Shown here in pieces: positions 46,384-54,241 of a DNA stretch of 64,000 bases (position 1 is its first letter; every line of letters begins with the position of its first letter). The translations under genes were made by a program, and so were the position numbers. The notes under the pieces were generated by a model. It saw only the letters and a program-made list of their open reading frames with translations, was not told where the DNA came from and did no database searches. The DNA is from an uncultured virus (IMG/VR IMGVR_UViG_3300037418_002259) (lineage: Duplodnaviria > Heunggongvirae > Uroviricota > Caudoviricetes): IMG/VR virus record IMGVR_UViG_3300037418_002259. The stretch is one strand, 5' to 3'.

Positions 46384-47073
46384 ATGACTACCACCATTCA
46401 AGACACCGGCCGTGCCTCGGCCGGCATCCGCACCCCGCTCGGAACCCTCCGCGTCGAGGACCTGGCCGGCATCGAAGACCTCGAAGAGCGAGGCGCGAAG
46501 GCCGCCGCACTCACCCGCGTCGCCGAGGAGCGCGCCAACGTCGAGCGCAGCACCCGCGACATGGCCGGGCTCGTCCTGATCCAGCCCTACCTCGAAGCGC
46601 AGCGCCCGTTCGACGACGAGATGGCCCGCATCAAAGACGAACTCGAAGCCGGCAAGATCGACTCGGCCGAGGCGTGGAACCTGCGGATGGAGGCGGCCGA
46701 GAAGCACCGCGCAGACCTGCAGTCCGTCCGGTTCAAGCCGGTACACATCTACCGCGACACGATCGGTGTGTCCCGTGGCTTGTTCGTCCGGATGCAGCAG
46801 CGTGCCACCGAGAAGCTTCCGGAGTTCCGTGACGACCACGGCAAACTGCTCACCCCGGACCAGCTCCAGCGGCTCGCGATCCACGCCCGCGAGGAGTGCA
46901 AGCGGTACGACGCCATCGCGAAGCGAGCCCGCGCTATCCGCGACGAGGTCGGGCTGATGCTCCTGAACGGCAACCCGAAGATCGGCCGGCCAGCGATGAG
47001 CAACGCCGACGTCGCCCGGCTGTTCAAGCTCACCACGGCCCGCGTCGCGCAGATGCGGTACGGCACCCGGTGA
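46384..47073 (+). CDS. Helical protein with C-terminal sigma-region-4-like HTH
   Basis: AGGAGACC RBS (alternative in-frame start at 46306); MSNADVARLFKLTTARVAQMR. Confidence 0.7.
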   Translation: MTTTIQDTGRASAGIRTPLGTLRVEDLAGIEDLEERGAKAAALTRVAEERANVERSTRDMAGLVLIQPYLEAQRPFDDEMARIKDELEAGKIDSAEAWNLRMEAAEKHRADLQSVRFKPVHIYRDTIGVSRGLFVRMQQRATEKLPEFRDDHGKLLTPDQLQRLAIHAREECKRYDAIAKRARAIRDEVGLMLLNGNPKIGRPAMSNADVARLFKLTTARVAQMRYGTR

Positions 47074-47402
47074 TCCGGCGACTCGGTGCGCGTCTCGTCC
47101 TGCTCAGGGCCCGGCTGGACGACATCCTGACCGAGATGGACCGGGCAATGTGGCGGGCGCTCTTTGCACCGGCACGTGGCCTGGTGTGGCTGTGGAACGC
47201 GATCAAGGCGGTACCTGGCGTGCAGCAAGTCGGGCACGGACTCGCCACCGTGCTCGGCCTGTACCGCCTCGACCGGTGGCTGGTCGAACGCGGCATCAAG
47301 GCAGATCTGAAACTTGCCGACGACCTGGCGGCTGCCGGACTCAACAAGCAAGCCGACATGCTGCGCACCGCCGCCGCAGAACGGAAACTCGCTAATGACT
47401 GA
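47070..47402 (+). CDS. Hypothetical protein
   Basis: GTGA coupling. Confidence 0.6.
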   Translation: MIRRLGARLVLLRARLDDILTEMDRAMWRALFAPARGLVWLWNAIKAVPGVQQVGHGLATVLGLYRLDRWLVERGIKADLKLADDLAAAGLNKQADMLRTAAAERKLAND

Positions 47403-48060
47403 CCGCACCATCCAGATGGCGCTACCCGATGGGGCCGTCCTGCTGCTACCTGACGGAACCACGTACGCCCTGACCGGCGATCTGAAGATCGATACCGACA
47501 TCGAGCGGATCCGTACCGACCGGGCACGGATCCCAGACGAGACCTGGTCGCACACCGATTCAAACGGCCACACTCACGCCTACGTCCGAGATGAGGACGA
47601 CGTCCCCCGGCTCCCGTCACTGGAGCGCCGGACACGAGCCGTGCCCTGCGATGGGTCGTGCTACTCGATCACAGGTGGAGATTGCGACGGCTACACGGTC
47701 GAGGAGTGGTTCTGCCGCGAGTGCGGCGACCAGGTCGAGCCCGGCTTCAAGCCCGACTACGAGGCGAGTGATCCAGGTATCCCGATCACCCAGACCAGCA
47801 ACTACCAGCTGGTCGCTGCACTTCCCCTGCCTTCAGCACCCAGCGGGGTGATCACGCTGAGCGCCGGCGAGTCCCTGTTTCCACCGATCGAGAACGCCGA
47901 GATCGCCTGGGAGGACCCAGAGGGCAACCAGCATCGCTTCCCGTTGCCGACGCTGAACGCCGGCGACGACATGGGTTTCACGGCAGGATCGTCGCTGGTG
48001 CAGGTCGACCTGTACGGCTACGAGATGAAGGACATCAAGCGCAAGCCAACAGGACCGTAG
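47395..48060 (+). CDS. Hypothetical protein (CRECG)
   Basis: Overlap coupling. Confidence 0.7.
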   Translation: MTDRTIQMALPDGAVLLLPDGTTYALTGDLKIDTDIERIRTDRARIPDETWSHTDSNGHTHAYVRDEDDVPRLPSLERRTRAVPCDGSCYSITGGDCDGYTVEEWFCRECGDQVEPGFKPDYEASDPGIPITQTSNYQLVAALPLPSAPSGVITLSAGESLFPPIENAEIAWEDPEGNQHRFPLPTLNAGDDMGFTAGSSLVQVDLYGYEMKDIKRKPTGP

Positions 48061-48074
48061 CGGTCCACCCGTTG

Positions 48075-48116
48075 CACCGTAGGCCGGATGAGCAGCCGGC
48101 CGAACAGGAGACCAGG
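48075..48116 (+). promoter_or_regulatory. -10 hexamer (CACCGT) + leader hairpin + RBS
   Basis: GGCCGG-ATGAGCAG-CCGGCC (48082-48101); AGGAGACC. Confidence 0.7.
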
Positions 48117-48479
48117 ATGAAAGTCGCCGACTTCCGGCAACAGCAGGCCAAGGCCATGCTTGAGGACGAACTCGCGGTGCTGATCCGCGGGCTCGCGAAG
48201 CGCCTCGGCATGTTGAGGTACCACTCCTACGACTCGCGGAAGTCCGAACCGGGCTTCCCTGATGAGGTACTCCTCGGGTCGCGGGCACTGTTCCGCGAGT
48301 TGAAACAGCAGGGGAAGAACCCGACCGTGGCCCAGCAGAAGTGGCTCGACAAGCTGACCGCGGCCGGGTACGACGCCGCGGTGTGGCGGCCAGAGGACTG
48401 GTTCTCGGGTCGGATCGAGCGCGAGATGCGCGACGCTATCCGCCCTCTCGGCGCGACACTAGCGGGCTCGGCTCCGTAG
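48117..48479 (+). CDS. VRR-NUC-type nuclease
   Basis: YHSYDSRKSEPGFPD...LFRELK...QQKWLDKL...AVWRPEDW. Confidence 0.85.
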   Translation: MKVADFRQQQAKAMLEDELAVLIRGLAKRLGMLRYHSYDSRKSEPGFPDEVLLGSRALFRELKQQGKNPTVAQQKWLDKLTAAGYDAAVWRPEDWFSGRIEREMRDAIRPLGATLAGSAP

Positions 48480-48482
48480 CCT
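48447..48482 (+). promoter_or_regulatory. Class B promoter variant
   Basis: CTCGGCGCGACACTAGC-13nt-TAGCCT. Confidence 0.6.
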
Positions 48483-48564
48483 CTGCCGCGTTGGTGTGTG
48501 GGCTGTGGTGCCGTTGGAGATCTCCGGCCGCCTGTCGAGAGGGTCATGAATCACCCGCACCCGT

Positions 48565-48634
48565 GGTGTGGTCCCGCCGAGGCTGGGGACTGCACCCGTG
48601 AGGGGCGGTCCCGCCGAGGCACGGGACCGCCCCT
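48565..48634 (+). repeat. Twin hairpins sharing the direct repeat GGTCCCGCCGAGGC
   Basis: Repeat at 48570 and 48607; both copies sit in stem-loops, the second a perfect 13-bp stem. Confidence 0.7.
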
Positions 48635-48643
48635 CCTCTCATT

Positions 48644-48679
48644 CTCGACGCGACGCTAACCATGCGGCCGGGTCACGAT
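48644..48679 (+). promoter_or_regulatory. Class B promoter of the terminase unit
   Basis: CTCGACGCGACGCTAAC-13nt-CACGAT. Confidence 0.75.
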
Positions 48680-48688
48680 CGTCGAGCT

Positions 48689-48916
48689 ATGGGAACCGTC
48701 ACTGATCTCGGCTCGCACCGGGCAGCCCGCGACATCCGCATCGAGGAGGCCGCTGCCCGGCATCCCGCATGCCGGTGGGTCGCCGGCGAGGTGTTCTACA
48801 TCGCGCACCGTCGTACCGAAGCCGGGGCTGCCTGCGGGGCACCCGGCAAGCTGGTCCTCGCGCCGCCTGGCGTGCCGCTGTGTGAGGCGTGCTACCCGGG
48901 CCGCGGAGGCAACTGA
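48689..48916 (+). CDS. Small Cys-containing hypothetical protein
   Basis: Directly after a class B promoter; TGATG coupling. Confidence 0.6.
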   Translation: MGTVTDLGSHRAARDIRIEEAAARHPACRWVAGEVFYIAHRRTEAGAACGAPGKLVLAPPGVPLCEACYPGRGGN

Positions 48917-49095
48917 TGGCGTCGTCGGTGGTCGTGACGCAGCCGTTCTCGTACGTCGACTGCCCGATGTGCCCACAGGCCATCCGCTTCACCAACAAGG
49001 TCACCCCCGACGGACTGGTGGAGCACAACGAGGACGCCATCCGAGACGGCATCCGGATCCACCTGCTGTTCGGGTGTGAGGCGGTAGAGCGTTGA
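48916..49095 (+). CDS. Small Zn-binding hypothetical protein (CPMC...H...C)
   Basis: GGAGG RBS; TTGA-coupled to terL. Confidence 0.6.
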   Translation: MASSVVVTQPFSYVDCPMCPQAIRFTNKVTPDGLVEHNEDAIRDGIRIHLLFGCEAVER

Positions 49096-50849
49096 CCGCG
49101 GTCGCCGACGCGATCCGCGCGACGGCCGGCCGTTCGCCCGGCGTGAAGTCCCTGATCGCGAAGCAGTTGTTCGAGGACATGATGGGCGTCGAGCCGCTGA
49201 TCCGGCGCGAGTTCATGCGCGGGCTCACCCCGAGGGACACGCTCGAATTGCTGCGGTACGCGCAGAAGGAAGCCGGTACGCCGTACCACCTGTACGTCGA
49301 CGACCCGGTGGGGTTCACCGAGGACGTGCTCGGTGAGGCGACCTGGTCCAAGCAGCGGCGCGTGCTGGAGGCGCTCGCCGGCGACAAGAAACGCGTCGCC
49401 GTACCGTCCGCGTTCGGTACCGGCAAGACCCACATCGCGGCCCGTGCGGCTCTCTGGCGGTCGGTGATCTTCCCGCCCGGCACCTCCCTCACCGTCACCA
49501 CCGCGACCCGTATGCGGCAGGTGCAGCGGCAGTTGTGGCCGCACATCCGGACCGCCGTGAAGCGCGCTGACCTGCCGCTCGAAGCGGACATGGTCCAGAT
49601 GTGGGGTTTCAACTCAGACGGCGTACGGGTCCCGGTCGCGTACGGTTTCTCGGCACCGGATCACGACGAGGCGGCCGTGCAGGGTATCCACGCGCCGCGG
49701 CTGTTCATCGTGGTCGACGAGGCCGGCGGTATCTCCCGGGTCATCGGTAAAGCGATGCGTGGTCTGCTCACCGGTGACGACACCCGCATGCTCGCGATCG
49801 GGAACCCGCCCACCGACGACGAGGGGTCCTGGTTCGAGGGGCTGTGCGATCACCCGAAGGCCGAGATGATCCGGATCTCCGCCTGGGACTCCCCGCAGAT
49901 GACCGACGAGGTGACGGACTGGTGCCGCACCTGTCCCCGGGAGGCAGGCCGGCACCGGCTCGCGATCCACATCACCGACCGGGAGTGGATCGAGGAGACG
50001 ATCGAGGAGTACGGGCGGGACGCACCGTTCGTCATCGCGAAGGTCGACGCGAAGTTCCCCAAGGGTGGAGTCACCCGCACGATCCCCGCGGACTGGGTCG
50101 AGATGGCCGTCGAGCAGCCCGAACCGAAGGACGAGGGGTACATGCGGCTGGACCAGCTCGGGATCGAGGAAGAGACCGAGGACTGGTTGGTCAAGCCAGG
50201 CGCGTGGGTGCGGCTCGGTGTCGACGTCGCGGCCGATGGCGGCGACGAACTGGTCATCACGCTGGTGATCGGCGACCTGGTCCTGGTGCGGCACATCTCG
50301 TCTGGGGCGTCGAACGCCAACGCGATGGACGTCGCCGGGAAGGTGCTGCGCGAGATCATTCGGGCGCAGCAGATCCGGGCTGCGCTGGGCACCACTGCCC
50401 CGGTGCGGGTGAAGATCGACGGTATCGGCGTCGGGTGGGGTGTCGCCGGCGTGCTGCAGGCGTGGGCGTCGGAGGGGATTCACGACGCGCAGGTGGTCGC
50501 GGTGGTCGTGTCGGAGGGCACGGGGCGAGACGACGTCGGGGAGGCGTGGCGGCCGGCGCGCAAGCGTGACGAGATGTGGCTGGCGATGAGGCAGCACCTG
50601 CAGCCGCGGAAGGGCCCCAACCCGCTGCAGCTGGTGCCGGGCAAGCTGCGGTTGCGGGTGGACCGGAAAACGCAGGCGCAGTTGTCGGCTCCGACGTACG
50701 GGACGAATTCGCAGGGGCAGACCGTGGTGGAGGGTAAGCCGTCGATGAAGGCGCGCGGATTGTCGTCGCCTGACCGTGCTGAGGCTGTTCTACTTGCTGT
50801 TTATGAGCCGCTGATCGATGAGGGTGCACCGTTCCGCGTGATCGCCTGA
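49092..50849 (+). CDS. terL: Terminase large subunit
   Basis: Walker A SAFGTGKT; Walker B FIVVDEAGG; IGNP; nuclease RLGVDVAADGGD; SPDRAEA. Confidence 0.92.
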   Translation: MTAVADAIRATAGRSPGVKSLIAKQLFEDMMGVEPLIRREFMRGLTPRDTLELLRYAQKEAGTPYHLYVDDPVGFTEDVLGEATWSKQRRVLEALAGDKKRVAVPSAFGTGKTHIAARAALWRSVIFPPGTSLTVTTATRMRQVQRQLWPHIRTAVKRADLPLEADMVQMWGFNSDGVRVPVAYGFSAPDHDEAAVQGIHAPRLFIVVDEAGGISRVIGKAMRGLLTGDDTRMLAIGNPPTDDEGSWFEGLCDHPKAEMIRISAWDSPQMTDEVTDWCRTCPREAGRHRLAIHITDREWIEETIEEYGRDAPFVIAKVDAKFPKGGVTRTIPADWVEMAVEQPEPKDEGYMRLDQLGIEEETEDWLVKPGAWVRLGVDVAADGGDELVITLVIGDLVLVRHISSGASNANAMDVAGKVLREIIRAQQIRAALGTTAPVRVKIDGIGVGWGVAGVLQAWASEGIHDAQVVAVVVSEGTGRDDVGEAWRPARKRDEMWLAMRQHLQPRKGPNPLQLVPGKLRLRVDRKTQAQLSAPTYGTNSQGQTVVEGKPSMKARGLSSPDRAEAVLLAVYEPLIDEGAPFRVIA

Positions 50850-51186
50850 GGGTGCGTTACACAACGTTCCGGTAATAGTTGATAGTTGCCCGATCGTTCC
50901 TCTCGGCCGACTTCGGGTGTTACAGCGAGTTGCCGAATCGTTAGCAAGTGAAAGCGTTTACAGCGTGCTCGTACCGGGGTCCGAACTCGACCACCAGTGC
51001 GACTACTGTCAGTACATGCAGAGGTGTGGCAACGAACCCCTCAGAGGGTCTACGGTGACGCCAAGAAGCTAAGACCACACGGCCAGTGGGGGGCGTGTGA
51101 TCGTTACAACGGGACATCTTGACGACTGGGGAACGGTGCCTGACACGGCGTGCCCCGGACGGGACACGTGGGGAGAAAACCGGGCA

Positions 51187-51663
51187 ATGCAGAAGTCGCA
51201 GGAGAATTCGGCTCACCACCACTTCGTAATTGCAGCGACTATTGATGTCACCGAACAACTCGCCCGGAAAGGGCACCAACGGGGAGTGGTAAGGCTTCCG
51301 GCACAGACACGCGTCGACGTCATGGAGGCGTACTGCGCGAACTGCCGCAAATCGTACGAAGATGTCGCCGACCAGCCGTGCAGTGTGGCTGTCGAAGGGA
51401 ATGAGCACCTGCGCGGCGGACCCATCGGCGTCCGCGCCAAGCGCAACGGAGCCGCCGCCATCGCAGACGTGTCGATCGTCCAGCCTGTCATCCGGCCCCG
51501 GCCCACCCTGCGCCCGGTGCCGCAACCGCAGCCGCCCGCCCGGCCGGCACGACCCCGGCAGGTCCCGGCACGACGGCGACGCCCGGCCGCGATCCCGGTC
51601 GGAGTGGGACAAGCCGTCGCGCTGATGTTGCCTTTCGACCTGGACGCGACGCTAACGGGGTAG
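51187..51663 (+). CDS. Hypothetical protein (YCANC; Pro/Arg-rich tail)
   Basis: GGAG RBS; lies between terL and portal. Confidence 0.6.
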   Translation: MQKSQENSAHHHFVIAATIDVTEQLARKGHQRGVVRLPAQTRVDVMEAYCANCRKSYEDVADQPCSVAVEGNEHLRGGPIGVRAKRNGAAAIADVSIVQPVIRPRPTLRPVPQPQPPARPARPRQVPARRRRPAAIPVGVGQAVALMLPFDLDATLTG

Positions 51664-51675
51664 GCGGCATACCTT
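51640..51675 (+). promoter_or_regulatory. Class B promoter of the portal gene
   Basis: CTGGACGCGACGCTAAC-13nt-TACCTT. Confidence 0.7.
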
Positions 51676-51738
51676 CCGAGCGTTCCTGTATCTCGCCGGC
51701 GCTGTTGCCGTCGGCATGGACCGCGAGGGAGGCCGTAG

Positions 51739-54159
51739 GTGGCCCGGTTCCTGCCTGTACTGCGCCGATCGCCGTCACGCAAAGAGTTGATGCAGCAGGC
51801 GACAGAGGCCAAGTTCGTCCTCGCCGACTACTACTCGACTCTGCACCGCTTCGAGTCCGGCCGCCGTGCCCGGCACTGGCCGATCGAGCGAGCCGTTGTC
51901 GAGGGCTACGAACGCGTGATCTGGGTTTTCAAGGCGGTCAACACGATCGGTGCCGATCACGCGCGGCTGCCGTTCCGGCTGCGGTGCGGCGACGAGATCC
52001 TCGACGACCACCCGTTGTACCGGGTGCTGAACAAGCGCGCGAACAAGATGGAGACCGGGCAGGTCTTCCGCAAGCGGCTGTCCGCGCAGGTGTCGCTGTC
52101 GAAGCCTGGCGCGTTCGTCGAGAAGGTGTACAGCAACGGCGGCACGATCAAGGAACTGCACCTGCTGCCGCCGGACCGGGTCGACATCATCCCCGGCGAG
52201 CCCGGCAGCGGCGTACTGATCGAGTGCTTCCGGCTGTGGCGTCGCGACGGCGGATACCGCGACATCCCCCCGGAGAAGGTGCTGTGGTTCCGGGAGCCGC
52301 ACCCGATCGACCCGTACAGCGGCGTGACGCCGTTGGAGGCCGCGGGGCTGTCGGTCGAGCTGGACTACTTCGCGCGGCTGTACAACGTGACGTTCATGCG
52401 GAACGACGGGCGGCCGGGCGGCGTGCTCGCGGTCCGGGCACCGCAAGGGTCGACACGGGCCAGTGTCAAAGACGCGGAACTGGACCGGCTCGAATCGAAG
52501 TTCGCGCGGGGCCCGCAGGAGGCCGGCAAGTTGTCGGTGGTCGAGGGCGAACTCGACTATGTCGACCTCGCCCGCAACCCGCGCGACATGCAGTACGGGG
52601 CGGTCTCCAAGACGAGCAAGATCGAACTGTTGTCCGCGTACGGCGTACCCGAGTCGGTGCTCGGCTACTCGGCCGAGCGGACGTTCGACAACGCCGACAA
52701 CGAGCTGTACGTGTACTGGACGCGGACGATGACCGCGCACAACGAGATCATCGTGTCCGGGTTCGACGAGGACTCCGAAGACGACCTCGAAGGGTTCCTC
52801 GACACCTCCGGTGTAGAGGTGCTGGAGCGGCACGAACGCGCGAAGCGGGAAGAGGCGCGTGCCGAGTTCACTGCCGGGCTGCGCTCGATCAAGTCGTACG
52901 CCGACCTCGCCGGGTACGGCGAGCAGGTCGACGACACCCCGCACACCCGGGCGCTGTACATCCCGACCGGGAAGACGCCGCTGCCGTCCAGGAAGGACGA
53001 CGCGGTCGCGCTCGGTCTGGAAGAGGACCCGAACGCCAAGCAGCCCGAACCGCAGCAGTTGCCGCCGGGCGCGGACCCGATGGCGTTGCCGGCCGGGCCG
53101 GACCAGGACCAGACCACCGGCCCGCAGGCGATCGAGCCCCCTCCCCCCGCTCCGGACGCAGCAGGGCAGAGCGCTGGTCTTCCGCCCGGCTACGCCCCGC
53201 CCGCAGCCGCCGCGCCCGCCGCGATCGGTGCCGCGCCCGCGACGAAGGCGATCCCGATCGGTGCCCGCCCGGTCCTGCGCGTCCAGCGGACCGACCCGAC
53301 GCCGGTAGTGGCGGTCCGCGAGTCGCAACTCGACGAACGAGCCAGAGACCGGCTGGAAGACGTCCTCGCTGCCGCGCTGACCGCGTTGGCGACCAGGTGG
53401 GTCGCGCGGACCAAGGTGCGGCTGGAGTCGCCGAAGTCCCGCAAGGGCACCCGCCACTGGCAGGCCGCGTCGCACCTGCCGGACGACACCCGCGGCGGCA
53501 ACAAGGCGCTCGACGCGGCCAAGGCCGTCGACGACGAACGGTGGAGCCGCGAAGCCGAGACCGGGTCCAAACCGATCATTGAGGAAGCCGCCACCATCGC
53601 GGCCGCGGCCATGATCGCAGACCTGGCCGGCGACGAAGACACCTCGATCGCGCCCGGTGTGATCGTGTCCGGCATCGTCGCCGCCGTTGTACGGCTGATC
53701 TCCGACTCCGCGGCCCGGCAGGCGATGCGGCTCGCGCGACTCATCAACGAGGCCGACCAGAACGGTGAGCCGTTCGCTGACATCGTCGCCATGGTCGAGG
53801 CGCAGACCGCGAGCCTGGCGTCGTGGGCGAACGGGGTCGCAACCACCGCGTCCACCGCGACCCTGAACGGTGCCCGCGAAGCGGCGGCCGAGGAGATCGC
53901 CGACACCACCGGTGACCGCATCGAGCGGACGTGGCTCTCCCGCCGCGACGAGAAGGTACGGGACAGTCACCACGAAGCCGACGGGCAGACACAGCCGCTC
54001 GGCAAGCCGTTCCTGGTCGGTGATTCGCTGCTGCGGTTCCCGTGCGACCCGCTCGCGCCGGTGCACGAGACCGCGAACTGCAGGTGCCGCCTGCTGCACA
54101 GATCCACCCGTACCGGAATGTTCGTTCGGCCGCCGGCCGAACTCGCCACAGCAGTCTGA
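51739..54159 (+). CDS. Portal protein fused to a MuF-like minor head domain
   Basis: Portal motifs (HPLYRVLNKRAN, FREPHPIDPYSGVTPL, NDGRPGG, AYGVPESVLG); C-terminal TWLSRRDEKVRDSH...FPCDP...NCRC. Confidence 0.88.
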   Translation: MARFLPVLRRSPSRKELMQQATEAKFVLADYYSTLHRFESGRRARHWPIERAVVEGYERVIWVFKAVNTIGADHARLPFRLRCGDEILDDHPLYRVLNKRANKMETGQVFRKRLSAQVSLSKPGAFVEKVYSNGGTIKELHLLPPDRVDIIPGEPGSGVLIECFRLWRRDGGYRDIPPEKVLWFREPHPIDPYSGVTPLEAAGLSVELDYFARLYNVTFMRNDGRPGGVLAVRAPQGSTRASVKDAELDRLESKFARGPQEAGKLSVVEGELDYVDLARNPRDMQYGAVSKTSKIELLSAYGVPESVLGYSAERTFDNADNELYVYWTRTMTAHNEIIVSGFDEDSEDDLEGFLDTSGVEVLERHERAKREEARAEFTAGLRSIKSYADLAGYGEQVDDTPHTRALYIPTGKTPLPSRKDDAVALGLEEDPNAKQPEPQQLPPGADPMALPAGPDQDQTTGPQAIEPPPPAPDAAGQSAGLPPGYAPPAAAAPAAIGAAPATKAIPIGARPVLRVQRTDPTPVVAVRESQLDERARDRLEDVLAAALTALATRWVARTKVRLESPKSRKGTRHWQAASHLPDDTRGGNKALDAAKAVDDERWSREAETGSKPIIEEAATIAAAAMIADLAGDEDTSIAPGVIVSGIVAAVVRLISDSAARQAMRLARLINEADQNGEPFADIVAMVEAQTASLASWANGVATTASTATLNGAREAAAEEIADTTGDRIERTWLSRRDEKVRDSHHEADGQTQPLGKPFLVGDSLLRFPCDPLAPVHETANCRCRLLHRSTRTGMFVRPPAELATAV

Positions 54160-54171
54160 TCCACCAAAACC

Positions 54172-54207
54172 GCCGACGCGACGCTAACGCCTACCCCGGG
54201 GCAACGT
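54172..54207 (+). promoter_or_regulatory. Class B promoter of the giant ORF
   Basis: GCCGACGCGACGCTAAC-13nt-CAACGT. Confidence 0.7.
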
Positions 54208-54241
54208 AGGCGCGTCACCACCACAGTCGGAAGGGCCAACC

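Noticed and set aside
51705..53582. 625-aa alternative-frame ORF over the portal, and 61570-63357 over the helicase
   Set aside because: Arg/Pro-rich off-frame read-through typical of GC-rich DNA, unlike the nested ORF at 58743, which has an RBS, normal codon bias and a family motif.
7916..54188. Recurring 17-bp motif as a CRISPR repeat or att site
   Set aside because: Copies are dispersed kilobases apart with no regular spacers, no cas genes or integrase are nearby, and the fixed spacing to -10 hexamers fits a promoter.
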